From a virus (Duplodnaviria > Caudoviricetes): a stretch of DNA of 64,000 nt. A program made the translations under genes and the position numbers. The DNA lies in the IMG/VR virus record IMGVR_UViG_3300048851_000175, positions 84-64,083 of that record; one strand, 5' to 3'. The notes under the pieces are model-generated. The model saw only the letters and a list, made by a program, of their open reading frames with translations, was not told where the DNA came from and ran no database searches. Numbering within the stretch: position 1 is the first letter of the stretch; every line of letters begins with the position of its first letter. Of this stretch, positions 33,987-43,980 are shown piece by piece.

Positions 33987-36560
33987 ATGGCAGGTTCGCT
34001 GGGCACCTTGACTCTTGACCTCGTAGCCAAAATTGGCGGGTACACGGGCCCGCTCGACAAGGCGAGTCAGGAGACCAAAAAACGTAACGCCGAGATTGCT
34101 AAGTCATTCGACAACCTTGCGAAAGGTGTGGGCGCTTCTATCGGTGCTATTCCTGCAATACTGACTGCTTTGGTTATTTCTTCAGCAGACTCAGCGAAAG
34201 AAATCGCTAACCTGTCTGCACTTGCGGGCCTTGGCACTACCGAGTTCCAGAAGCTCGCTGCCGGTGCGCGAAGCGTGGGGATTGACCAAGACAAGCTTGG
34301 CGACATTTTCAAGGATACGAACGATAAGCTGGGTGATTTCATCAACACCGGCGGCGGTGCGCTCAAAGATTTTTTCACTAATATCGCTCCGATGGTTGGA
34401 GTCACGGCGGACCAGTTCAAAAAGCTGAACAGCAAGGACGCACTTGCGCTGTATGTAACAAGCCTCGAGAAGGCAAACGTCAGCCAGGCGGAAATGACCT
34501 TCTACATGGAGGCCATCGCCAGCGACTCCACAGCCTTGGTTCCGCTGCTCCGGAATAACGCGAAAGGTTTTGATGAACTCGGTGATTCTGCAGCAGCAAC
34601 CGGCGTAATACTCAGCACCAGTACCATAGCTTCTGCGAAGCAGTTCGGCATTGAGCTTCAAGGCGTGGAGCAGTATTTGTCCTCGGCGAAAACGCAGTTA
34701 GCTGCAGAGTTTTTGCCCCTGCTGGTGCAGTTCAGCAAGGATGTTAACCAAGCGACGAAGGATGCCGGCGGCCTGGGGCCTGCTGTGAAAAAGAGCGCGG
34801 CAGAAGCTGTGGAGGCAATTGCTTTTATTGTTGATGCCGGAAACGGTGTTGGTCGGGTTTTTAAAATAATCTCGGCAGAGTTCGACGGTCTTGTCTCAAG
34901 CGCCGCTGGCAGCATCATCGCTGGCGTTTACCAGACATTGACCCTTCTCAATAAATTGCCGGGAGTAGACCTAAGCTCCCAGCTTGGCGACCTTGAAAAA
35001 AACTACAATGATCAAGTAGCGGCAGCGACAGACGCCACGAACAGGATGCGCTCCGCGCTCGAAACGCCACTGGCGGGTTCTGCATTCGTTGATTATTACA
35101 ATAAAGCGAACGCCGCCGCGGAGCAGCTCTATCGAACCCAGCAACGCAACCAGCATCAGGGCGTGGGGGAAGGCGCAGGTAGTGGCGTGGACCCCGCTGC
35201 GATCGCTGCGAAGGCGGCAGCAGAGAAGAAAGCGGCCAGCGATGCCGCCGCCGCGGCGAAGAAGATACAGGACACTTTTAAGTCCACCGAAACGGACTAC
35301 GAGCGCCAGATCGAGCTGATCAACACCACCACCGATAAGCGGAAGGACGCCACTGAGGTGGCGAAGCTCGGGTTCGAGATTGAGTCAGGCAAGTTGGTCG
35401 GCATCAACGATCAACAGCAGGAGCGGCTAAACAAGCTGGCGGCAGAGCTCGATTCGCTCAACAAAATCAAGAAGGCCAACGAAGACGCCGCCAAGCTTGC
35501 TGCGTTCAGCGCAAACATCGACCGGGGTAACCAGGACGCTCAGGACGGCTTAGATCAGGATCTAGCTGGTGCTGGCCGAGGCGATAAGTATAAGGATCGA
35601 CTGAAGCAGTTCCTGACCATCCGGCAAGACTTCAACGCGCAAATGCGTGATTTGCAGGAGCAGCAGAATAGCGGCGAGATCAGTGATGAGCTCTACCAGC
35701 AAGAACAGCAAAAGCTCGAGAAATCTTTAGAGAGTCGCCTAGAGAGCCAGCAGAATTACTACGACCAGGTTGATGAAGCGCAAAGCGAATGGATGGATGG
35801 CGTAACGTCCGCGTGGGAGAACTATGCAGATGCCGCGCAACACTACACGCAGATGGCTGCAGACCTTACATCCAGCACTCTCAGCAACGCGAGTAGCGGC
35901 CTGAGCACTTTCCTTTCTGACGTTGCCACTGGCTCAGAAGATGCTGGCGACGCTTTAGGTGACATGGTCAGCGGTTTCGCGAAGTCCACCATCAAGGCCT
36001 TGGCTGACTTGGCGTCGCAGTGGCTCGTTTACCAGGCGGTGCAGCTGGTCGTCGGGAAAACCGGTCAGTCATCTGCGGCGATCGGGATGATTGCCAACGC
36101 ACAGGCGGCATCGTTTGCTGCTCAGGTGAATGCGTACGCTTCTACCGCGGCGATTCCTATCTTCGGCCCCGCGCTGGCCCCCGCAGCAGCGTTGACTGCT
36201 GCAGCCGCCACCGCTCCGATGGTCGCCGGCGTTGCTTCGGCGGCGCTGTCAGGTATGGCTCACGACGGTATCGACTCGGTACCGGAAACGGGCACATGGT
36301 TGCTACAGAAGGGCGAACGAGTCACCACCGCCGAGACCAGCGCGAAACTGGACCAGACCCTGAGCAATATTCAGGGCGGGAACTCCGGTGGAAACATCGA
36401 GTTCCACGCCCCGGTGACTGTGCAGGCCCAGCCCGGCATGAGCGATCAGGAGGCGCGCAACCAGGGCAACGCAATCAGCGATGCGATCGAGCAGCGCATG
36501 GGCCAGTTCCTTGACCGCGAAATGCGGCAGGGCGGGCGACTCTGGAGGCGTAATGGCTGA
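33987..36560 (+). CDS. Tape measure protein (857 aa)
   Basis: SLGTLTLDLVAKIGG start, long Ala-rich helical body, lambda-type C-terminus (MAHDGIDSVPETGTWLLQKGERV). Confidence 0.93.
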   Translation: MAGSLGTLTLDLVAKIGGYTGPLDKASQETKKRNAEIAKSFDNLAKGVGASIGAIPAILTALVISSADSAKEIANLSALAGLGTTEFQKLAAGARSVGIDQDKLGDIFKDTNDKLGDFINTGGGALKDFFTNIAPMVGVTADQFKKLNSKDALALYVTSLEKANVSQAEMTFYMEAIASDSTALVPLLRNNAKGFDELGDSAAATGVILSTSTIASAKQFGIELQGVEQYLSSAKTQLAAEFLPLLVQFSKDVNQATKDAGGLGPAVKKSAAEAVEAIAFIVDAGNGVGRVFKIISAEFDGLVSSAAGSIIAGVYQTLTLLNKLPGVDLSSQLGDLEKNYNDQVAAATDATNRMRSALETPLAGSAFVDYYNKANAAAEQLYRTQQRNQHQGVGEGAGSGVDPAAIAAKAAAEKKAASDAAAAAKKIQDTFKSTETDYERQIELINTTTDKRKDATEVAKLGFEIESGKLVGINDQQQERLNKLAAELDSLNKIKKANEDAAKLAAFSANIDRGNQDAQDGLDQDLAGAGRGDKYKDRLKQFLTIRQDFNAQMRDLQEQQNSGEISDELYQQEQQKLEKSLESRLESQQNYYDQVDEAQSEWMDGVTSAWENYADAAQHYTQMAADLTSSTLSNASSGLSTFLSDVATGSEDAGDALGDMVSGFAKSTIKALADLASQWLVYQAVQLVVGKTGQSSAAIGMIANAQAASFAAQVNAYASTAAIPIFGPALAPAAALTAAAATAPMVAGVASAALSGMAHDGIDSVPETGTWLLQKGERVTTAETSAKLDQTLSNIQGGNSGGNIEFHAPVTVQAQPGMSDQEARNQGNAISDAIEQRMGQFLDREMRQGGRLWRRNG

Positions 36561-36897
36561 GACATTCAGTTTTGATGTTCGAGTGGGCGCATCCGGCGAT
36601 GTGAGCCAGAAGACCTGGGAGAACGATTTCGGCGATGGCTACGTGCAGGCCGGTGGCATCGGTATCAACACCAAGGCGCAGTCTTGGGATATCAGCGTCA
36701 CCGGAAAGCTCGGACCGGGCCTGGTCGTGCAGCAGGTAAGGGATTTCCTTGATCGGCAGGAAGGCTACAAGTCTTTCCTTTGGACGCCCCCAGGCGGAGC
36801 GCAAGGCCGGTACCGCGCCAATGGGTACCAGATGTCCACGCTTGGTGGCGGAGGAATGACGATATCCGCGACCTTTAAGCAGGTCTTCAACCCCTGA
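36553..36897 (+). CDS. Minor tail protein M-like (distal tail)
   Basis: FGDGYVQ..GIGIN, FLDRQEGYKSFLWTPP. Confidence 0.88.
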   Translation: MAETFSFDVRVGASGDVSQKTWENDFGDGYVQAGGIGINTKAQSWDISVTGKLGPGLVVQQVRDFLDRQEGYKSFLWTPPGGAQGRYRANGYQMSTLGGGGMTISATFKQVFNP

Positions 36898-36931
36898 CCC
36901 CGCCGAGTGCGGGGTTTTTATTGGGCGAACC

Positions 36932-37633
36932 ATGCAGATCACATCAGATTTTCAGAAGCTTGAGCCGGGGAACCAGATCCGGCTCTATGAGCTCGACGCG
37001 ACTCGCCTGGGCGCAACCATCTGGCGCTTTCACGGCCACGCGCACGAGGGCGAGATCATCTGGCAGGGCCAGCTTTATTCGCCAATCCAGATCGAAGCGA
37101 AAGGCTTTGACGTGCGTGGGGATGGACGACCGGCCACACCGACTCTTCAGGTCACCAACGAGCTGCAAGGTATCCGCGGCGCGATATCGGCGATCTGTTT
37201 GCAGTTTCGCGATTTGGCCGGCGCGCGGGTGAAGGTCATCGAGACGTTCAAGCACTTCCTGGACGCGGCGAACTTCGCTGAAGGCAATCCCACCGCTGCC
37301 GATCAAAGCCGGACTTCGATCTGGTACATCGAGCAAAAGACCGACGAGAACCTCGCCGCTCTTACGTTTGAGCTGTCCAGCCCGATCGACATGGAGGGGC
37401 AGAAACTGCCGGCTCAGCAGATCACCAAGCTGTGTCGGTGGGCCTGCCGTGGGCAGTACCGCGGCGAGGCCTGCGCTTACACCGGGTCGGCAATGTTCAC
37501 CAAGAAAAACGAACCGACGGATAACGCAGCGCTGGATCGCTGCGGCGGCTGGTGGAGCAGCTGCAAGCTACGCGGGAACACGCGAAGGTTTGGCGGCTCC
37601 ATGGGCGCGAGCCTCATCACAAGTTCGAGGTAA
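36932..37633 (+). CDS. Minor tail protein L
   Basis: LYELDAT, IIWQGQLY, FELSSP and Fe-S Cys residues (C.W.CRG.YRG..C.Y; D.C...CK). Confidence 0.92.
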   Translation: MQITSDFQKLEPGNQIRLYELDATRLGATIWRFHGHAHEGEIIWQGQLYSPIQIEAKGFDVRGDGRPATPTLQVTNELQGIRGAISAICLQFRDLAGARVKVIETFKHFLDAANFAEGNPTAADQSRTSIWYIEQKTDENLAALTFELSSPIDMEGQKLPAQQITKLCRWACRGQYRGEACAYTGSAMFTKKNEPTDNAALDRCGGWWSSCKLRGNTRRFGGSMGASLITSSR

Positions 37634-38419
37634 ATGATGCGAATCAATCAGCAACTGGTGGCGGCCATCCAGGCACACGCCGAGTCGGCTTACCCGGCCG
37701 AGGCCTGCGGCGTCCTCATCAAGACGGCGGAAGGCCGTGAGTACGTCCCCTGCGCCAACGTGTCCAGCGACCCCGATCAGCACTTCCTAATCGACAAACA
37801 CGATCAAGCTGACGCCGAGGACCGCGGCGAGTTGCTGGCCATCATCCACAGCCACCCTGGCCGCAGCCCTGCGCCGAGCATGACCGATCTGGTCAGCTGC
37901 GAGCTGCACGAACTGCCTTGGGGAATCGTCTCCTGGCCCGGCGGCGAAATGGGCTGGTTCAAGCCGACGGGATTCGTTGCCCCACTGCTGGGCAGGGAGT
38001 TCGCGCACGGACTGCTCGACTGCTGGTCTGCCTGCCGCGACTGGTACGCGCGCGAGGCGCAGCTGCAGTTGCCGAACTTCGAGCGCAAGGAACTCTGGTG
38101 GGAAAAGGAAGACGGATCGAGCCTCTACGAGGAAAACTATGAATCCGCAGGCTTTGAGCGCGTCAGCGAGATGCGTCGCGGCGACATGTTGGTTTTCCAG
38201 GTGCCAACGATAGGCCGACCGTGCCACTTCCCAAACCATGCCGCGATCTATCTGGGCAGTGACCCGTCGATGAAGAGCGAGCCCGCGCCATCCCTCGGTG
38301 GCGCTGGTCCGTTCATCTACCACCACTTGCACGGTCGCTTGGCTGGCCGCGAGGTCTTCGGATGGTCGATGAGCAAACGCCTCAAGCTGATCCTGCGGCA
38401 CAAGGAATACGCTCAATGA
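37634..38419 (+). CDS. Tail assembly protein K (JAB/MPN + NlpC/P60)
   Basis: EACG, HSHP...PS..D, DCWS, HAAIY. Confidence 0.92.
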   Translation: MMRINQQLVAAIQAHAESAYPAEACGVLIKTAEGREYVPCANVSSDPDQHFLIDKHDQADAEDRGELLAIIHSHPGRSPAPSMTDLVSCELHELPWGIVSWPGGEMGWFKPTGFVAPLLGREFAHGLLDCWSACRDWYAREAQLQLPNFERKELWWEKEDGSSLYEENYESAGFERVSEMRRGDMLVFQVPTIGRPCHFPNHAAIYLGSDPSMKSEPAPSLGGAGPFIYHHLHGRLAGREVFGWSMSKRLKLILRHKEYAQ

Positions 38420-39003
38420 CTATGCGAACGATCAAGCTGTACGGCGTGCTGCGGCGTCACTTCGGCCGTGAGTACACAATCGATGTGCACAGCGTCCGTG
38501 ATGCAGTTAACTCGCTGTGTGCGCAGATCGCAGGTTTCGAGAAATTCCTGCGCAGCGGTGAAGAGCGCGGCTTGGTCTTCAGCGTCTTCTGCGGACAGCG
38601 GAACGCTGGCGAAGGGGAGTTCGACCTGCAAGGCGCCGACGACAGCGATATCCGAATTGTTCCGCTGATTCAGGGCAGCAAGCAGGCCGGCCTGTTTCAG
38701 GTCGTGCTGGGTGTGGCGCTGATTGTTGCTGGCGCATTCAGCGGCGGCACGACGGCACCCATGGGTGCCGCGCTGATCGCCGGGGGGGCGGCGGTCGGGT
38801 TGGGCGGCGTGGTGCAGATGCTCGCGCCCACGACCAAAACCGCCACCGGTGGGAACAATGACGACGGCAACAATCCCTCGTATGGGTTCGGCGGCGCGGT
38901 CACCACCATCGCTCAAGGCAACCCTTATCCGCTGCTGTATGGCGAACGGGAAATCGGCGGGGGGGTGGAGTCGGGTGGCATTTACACGCAAGACCAGATG
39001 TAA
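38416..39003 (+). CDS. Tail assembly protein I
   Basis: IKLYGVLRRHFGR, IRIVPLIQGSK, PYPLLYGER. Confidence 0.92.
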   Translation: MTMRTIKLYGVLRRHFGREYTIDVHSVRDAVNSLCAQIAGFEKFLRSGEERGLVFSVFCGQRNAGEGEFDLQGADDSDIRIVPLIQGSKQAGLFQVVLGVALIVAGAFSGGTTAPMGAALIAGGAAVGLGGVVQMLAPTTKTATGGNNDDGNNPSYGFGGAVTTIAQGNPYPLLYGEREIGGGVESGGIYTQDQM

Positions 39004-39056
39004 CCAGCAGCAACACCAGACCCGCTTCGGCGGGTTTTCTTTTTTGTGGGGGCAGC

Positions 39057-42000
39057 ATGAGCGAAGCGGTTTTGGTAAGGCCTGTTCAGGGTGGCAAGGG
39101 CGGGGAGAGCAAACCAAAGCAGCCTTCCATCGCGTCCAACAGCACGCCATCCATTGCCACCGCGCGCATCGTCTATCTGTGGAGCTGGGGGCCTATCGTA
39201 GGCCCCGTCAACGGCCTGCACTCGGTGAAGCTGGACGGTACCCCATTGGTCGCCGAGGACGGCACTGTCAATTACCCGGGCGTGAAGTGGCAGTTCCGCA
39301 ACGGAGAGCTCAATCAGGAGCGCCTTGAGGGAATCGCGGAGTCGAGCAACGAGATTGACGTCAACCAGACGCTGTTGTCGACGACCCCATGGCTGCACAG
39401 CATCACCAACGCAGTGATCGACGCAGTTCGAATCCGTTTTGCCTGGCCGCAACTTCAGTCTCAGGACCAGGCCGGGAACATCAACGGCGTGCGTATTGAT
39501 TACGCGATCGACGTTCAGACTGATAGTGGTCCGTTCGTGCAGATGCTGACCTCGTTTGTCGACCGCAAAAACGTCACCAAATACGAGCGCTCCCACCGCA
39601 TCGACTTGCCGGCCGGAAGTCGCTGGACGATCCGCGCGCGCCGACTTACGCCGGAAGCGAACAGTTCGCTCATGCAGGACGGCATGGTCATTGAGGCCAT
39701 TGCTCAGGTGGTCGACAGCGATCAGGAATACCCGCTGACGGCCGTCGGGTGCGTTGAGTATGACGCTCAGCAATTCGGCGGCGATATCGCCAAGATTGCC
39801 GTGCTGATGCGGGGCCGCATCGTGCGTATCCCTTCGAACTACAATCCGGAAACCCGTACGTACGCCACCGGCGGCCCTGGGACATCGAACGGCATTTGGG
39901 ACGGCACGTTCAAGGAGGCCTATACCAATAACCCGGCCTGGATCTTCTACGACCTGGTCCTCGACCCTTATTACGGCCTGGGCGAGCGCGTCGATGCGAC
40001 CATGATCGACCGGTGGAATCTCTATCGCATCGGTCAATACTGCGATCAGCTGGTGCCTGACGGCGCGGGCGGGATGGAACCGCGGTTCACGTGCAACCTG
40101 TATCTGCAAAAGCAGGCCGATGCCTACGCAGCGCTGCAGGACCTCGCTGCGGTATTTCATGGGATGTCGACATGGGACGGCTCGCAGATCACCGTCAATG
40201 CGGACATGCCCGGCGACCCGGTATACACCTACAACCCTTCGCAGATCCTGAACAACGGGGAGATCAAATACGCAGGTACCCGGGCTCGCGATCGCCACAA
40301 CCTTGCGATGGTCACCTGGGACAACCCGGCCCAAGGTTTCGATACCGACAAAGAGCCGGTCTTTGACGACGAAGGGCTCGCAGAACTTGGCTCAGTTAAC
40401 GAGATGTCAGTCGAGGCTTACGGCTGCACCTCGCACGGTCAGGCGCAGCGCGCGGGCCAGTGGGCATTGCTCACAGAGCAGACTCAGATCCGCGGCGCCT
40501 CATTCCGGGTTGGGCTCGATGGGCAGATTCCGAAGCCGGGCCAAATCATTGCCGTCGCCGATCCCATGCTCGCGGGTCGAGCAAACGGTGGCCGGATCAA
40601 CACTGCAATAGGCCGGGTAGTCACCGTAGACCGCGACGTCGAGCTGCCCGCCGGCGGCAAGCTGCGTGTGAACTTGCCCAGCGGTAGGAGCGAAGCGCGG
40701 GTCATCACGTCGGTCTCTGGGCGCAAGGTGACGGTAGCGGCGGCCTACAGCGAAACGCCGGAAGCTGAATCCGGATGGATCCTCGAGTTCGACGACCTGA
40801 AGACCATGCAGTTTCTGGTCAGGAACATTACCCGCCCTGAGTGGCACCAGTTCCAGCTCGACTGCATTCAGCATGAGCCGAGCAAGTTCGATGCGATCGA
40901 CTTCGGTGCGGTCATTGACGACCGACCAATCAGCGGCATACCGGTTGGAACGCAAGACCCTCCGGCCCAGGTGCTTCTCAGCCAGCACGTGGTGATCGAG
41001 CAAGGCATCGCCGTTACGTTTATGACCATCGCTTGGTCTTCCGCGCCCGGTGCGGTCGCGTATGACGTCGAATGGCGCTGGGGCTCCCGCAGCTGGATCA
41101 AAGTTCCGCGCACCGGCGAACTCTCTGTTGATGTGCGCGGGATATATTCGGGGCAGTACTTGGCGCGGGTGCGCGCCGTAAGTGCGCTGAATGTCGCATC
41201 GCTGCCCACGACTTCAGTGCTCACCGACCTGCAGGGGAAAACCGGTCTTCCTCCCGCGGTAACGTCTCTCATCGCCACGCCGCTGATCTTCGGCATTGGC
41301 CTTAAATGGACTTTCCCACCTGGTGCGGAAGACACCCAGCGCACGGAGATCTGGTATGGGCCGACGAACAATTTCGATGCCAAGACGAAGTTGACCGACC
41401 TTGCTTACCCGCAGTCCGAATACGCGATGCAGAGCCTTCTCGCTGGCACATCGTTTTTCTTCTGGGCGCGGCTGGTCGATCGTACGGGCAACATAGGTCC
41501 GTTCTATCCGGTCCTGAATGGCGTGCTGGGTCAAGCCAGTTCTGACGCCGGGCCGATCCTTGATTTGATAAAGGACCAGATCACAGAAACGGAGTTGGGT
41601 CAGAACTTGCTGGACCGCATCGATCTGATCGACGGGAATGGCCCCGGCTCGGTGAACGAGCGGATCGAGGAAATCAAGGACGAGATCGGGGACCTGGTCG
41701 ACGCGCTGGTCTACGTGCCGACCGACGCCTATGTGCGCGATAACACCGTCAGGGTAGGTGACAACCTGTGGACCGCGATCGCCGACGTCCCCGCGAAGGC
41801 CGACGGATCGAACGGACCGCCAAACCCGAACTACTGGGTGAACAGCGGCCAATCGATCAGGGCCGCTAATGGCCTGGCCGCGCAGGTTACGAAAAACACG
41901 ACTGACATCACGACCATCGACGGCAAGACCACCTCGACAGCTTCCCAAATGCAGGCGGTTCTAGCCTCAACGCGCGATGACCCCATCGCGGGCTTGATGG

Positions 42001-42800
42001 CCGATGCGCTTAACGGGTGGGACGCGACCGCCAGCTATGCGCAGGAGGTGAAAGTCAGGACCGAGCAGGACTTCGCGCAAGCTCAGCGCACTACGGTCCT
42101 CGACGCCCGGGTTGGTACGAACGAATCGAAGTTGACCATCGTCGAAACGACTGTCGCGACGAACCAGTCCGCAACGGCGCAGCAGCTGACGATATTGGGG
42201 ACTTCGGTCGCCAATAATCAGGCAGCCCTTCAATCTGAAGCGACTGCCAGGTCCGACGCAGATGGAGCGCTATCCACCCGCATCGATACGGCTCAAGCGG
42301 CCGCAAACGGAGCAACTTCATCGGTTCAGACGGTCAGCCAGGCTCAGGCAACAACTGGCGGAAAGCTGTCGGCCATGTACTCGGTGAAGCTGCAGGTGGC
42401 TTCGAATGGCCAGTACATCGCCGCTGGCATTGGGCTGGGGATAGAGAACACCGGGGCCGGACTGCAGAGCCAGTTCCTCGTGTCAGCTGATCGCTTCGCC
42501 ATCGTCAACACAATCGCCGGTGGCGCGGTATCGGTTCCGTTCGCAGTTCAGGGCGGGCAGGTCTTCATCAACCAAGCGTTTATCGCGGACGGCACCATCA
42601 CCAACGCCAAGATCGGCAGCTACATCGCCTCGACCAACTATGTAGCCGGGCAGCAGGGGTGGATTTTGAATAAGGACGGCACGCTTGAGATCAACGGGGC
42701 AGTAGCCGGCGGCGGGCGCCTGGTCATCACGAACCGATCCGTTCGCGTCTATGACGCCAACAATGTGAAGCGCGTGCAACTGGGAGACCTGACAGAATGA
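39057..42800 (+). CDS. Tail tip / host-specificity protein J
   Basis: AYTNNPAWIFYDL, EPRFTCN, FnIII-like repeats, coiled coil, C-terminal SQFLVSADRFA. Confidence 0.95.
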   Translation: MSEAVLVRPVQGGKGGESKPKQPSIASNSTPSIATARIVYLWSWGPIVGPVNGLHSVKLDGTPLVAEDGTVNYPGVKWQFRNGELNQERLEGIAESSNEIDVNQTLLSTTPWLHSITNAVIDAVRIRFAWPQLQSQDQAGNINGVRIDYAIDVQTDSGPFVQMLTSFVDRKNVTKYERSHRIDLPAGSRWTIRARRLTPEANSSLMQDGMVIEAIAQVVDSDQEYPLTAVGCVEYDAQQFGGDIAKIAVLMRGRIVRIPSNYNPETRTYATGGPGTSNGIWDGTFKEAYTNNPAWIFYDLVLDPYYGLGERVDATMIDRWNLYRIGQYCDQLVPDGAGGMEPRFTCNLYLQKQADAYAALQDLAAVFHGMSTWDGSQITVNADMPGDPVYTYNPSQILNNGEIKYAGTRARDRHNLAMVTWDNPAQGFDTDKEPVFDDEGLAELGSVNEMSVEAYGCTSHGQAQRAGQWALLTEQTQIRGASFRVGLDGQIPKPGQIIAVADPMLAGRANGGRINTAIGRVVTVDRDVELPAGGKLRVNLPSGRSEARVITSVSGRKVTVAAAYSETPEAESGWILEFDDLKTMQFLVRNITRPEWHQFQLDCIQHEPSKFDAIDFGAVIDDRPISGIPVGTQDPPAQVLLSQHVVIEQGIAVTFMTIAWSSAPGAVAYDVEWRWGSRSWIKVPRTGELSVDVRGIYSGQYLARVRAVSALNVASLPTTSVLTDLQGKTGLPPAVTSLIATPLIFGIGLKWTFPPGAEDTQRTEIWYGPTNNFDAKTKLTDLAYPQSEYAMQSLLAGTSFFFWARLVDRTGNIGPFYPVLNGVLGQASSDAGPILDLIKDQITETELGQNLLDRIDLIDGNGPGSVNERIEEIKDEIGDLVDALVYVPTDAYVRDNTVRVGDNLWTAIADVPAKADGSNGPPNPNYWVNSGQSIRAANGLAAQVTKNTTDITTIDGKTTSTASQMQAVLASTRDDPIAGLMADALNGWDATASYAQEVKVRTEQDFAQAQRTTVLDARVGTNESKLTIVETTVATNQSATAQQLTILGTSVANNQAALQSEATARSDADGALSTRIDTAQAAANGATSSVQTVSQAQATTGGKLSAMYSVKLQVASNGQYIAAGIGLGIENTGAGLQSQFLVSADRFAIVNTIAGGAVSVPFAVQGGQVFINQAFIADGTITNAKIGSYIASTNYVAGQQGWILNKDGTLEINGAVAGGGRLVITNRSVRVYDANNVKRVQLGDLTE

Positions 42801-43189
42801 GTTTCGGAATTGAAGTTTCCGATGGGGCTGGCGCAAGGATTCTGGGGATGGATGACTTCACTATCCAGCGTTTAGCTTCTTTCGTCGTGGCGGGGTCGAA
42901 GACGTCAGGCACAGGCGTGCGAACCGACTCCTTGGCGTACAACATCCCCGGCTATGACCCCGCCACCTGCTTTGTCATGATCACGCCGCGGGTATATGCA
43001 AATTATGCGCAGCCTGGGTACGACGATAACTGGGGCTATACCCCAACTTACAAAGACTTGGGAGGGACCCAGATCGGGATCATTCGCTATATGAATTACA
43101 AGCAGCCCACCGGGGTTGGCGGTAACACGAGAGATGCCTGGATCGAGAAGACAGTGGAATGTGTTGTTGAAGTTGTGAAGGTGATTTGA
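42797..43189 (+). CDS. Tail-tip-associated protein
   Basis: MSFGIEVSDG start, coupled to J; typical post-J small gene. Confidence 0.65.
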   Translation: MSFGIEVSDGAGARILGMDDFTIQRLASFVVAGSKTSGTGVRTDSLAYNIPGYDPATCFVMITPRVYANYAQPGYDDNWGYTPTYKDLGGTQIGIIRYMNYKQPTGVGGNTRDAWIEKTVECVVEVVKVI

Positions 43190-43908
43190 TGGCTGACTAC
43201 GGCTTATCGGTTACTAACAACGGCGGTTCGGTGATCATCAGCAATCTCTATAAGATCATGGTCTTCTCAGAGCGCGGCTCGTTCCGGATAACTTCATCTT
43301 TCACTGACCGCGGCGGACAGGGATCTTACGTATTCGCCAGGCCAATCAAGACCCAAGAGCCCCCGCAGCTCTTTTTTGGCAACCTGAGCGGGCTTCATCC
43401 CAAGGTGAGCGTGTACATCACGCTTATTGGCGGGCCCGGGAACTGGACAGGTTTTGTTGCCAACTCCGCTGTTGCGGGTGGTAATAACCTGCAGAACACC
43501 TACGTCGAGTTCGTGGCCTGCAAGTATTGCGACACACCCAACCCGAATCAATACGGCATGAACCAGTGGGACGCGAACGGAAACATTCTTTACAGCTCCG
43601 AGGATCGAGTCGTTCGCTACTCGAAGTTCGCAAAGAACTGGAGTTTCGTTACCGGACAGACAGTCTTCACTTACCGCAGCAACCTTACGCTGGACGCTGA
43701 TGACTTTGTTTGCATTTCTGCCTTCGACCGAGGCGTGACTTGGTTCGTTGGATTCAACTTCGCCGGTATGACCATCCTCGACAATGGCGTGCCGGTGCTG
43801 GACATCACGGTCAACGTGCCCGGTGGGGGCAACGCTTATCCGTACGGCGCCAACACCAGCTTCTGCGTCCCAGTGTGTAAGTTTCCTGTCGACAGGTTCC
43901 ATAACTAA
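43186..43908 (+). CDS. Tail-tip-associated protein
   Basis: DYGLSVTNNGG and YGMNQWDANGNILYSS repeats of the post-J family. Confidence 0.65.
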   Translation: MMADYGLSVTNNGGSVIISNLYKIMVFSERGSFRITSSFTDRGGQGSYVFARPIKTQEPPQLFFGNLSGLHPKVSVYITLIGGPGNWTGFVANSAVAGGNNLQNTYVEFVACKYCDTPNPNQYGMNQWDANGNILYSSEDRVVRYSKFAKNWSFVTGQTVFTYRSNLTLDADDFVCISAFDRGVTWFVGFNFAGMTILDNGVPVLDITVNVPGGGNAYPYGANTSFCVPVCKFPVDRFHN

Positions 43909-43980
43909 TCACCCCAGCCTTGAGGTTCCTTCCCGGCAACTTCGCTCTGCGCTGAAAACTAATCAACTTGGAGATATCTG

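Noticed and set aside
38982-40334. 450-aa minus-strand ORF and similar long antisense ORFs (28301-29377, 60282-61358, 50054-50788)
   Set aside because: Shadows of well-supported genes on the opposite strand in high-GC DNA; no motifs or RBS.
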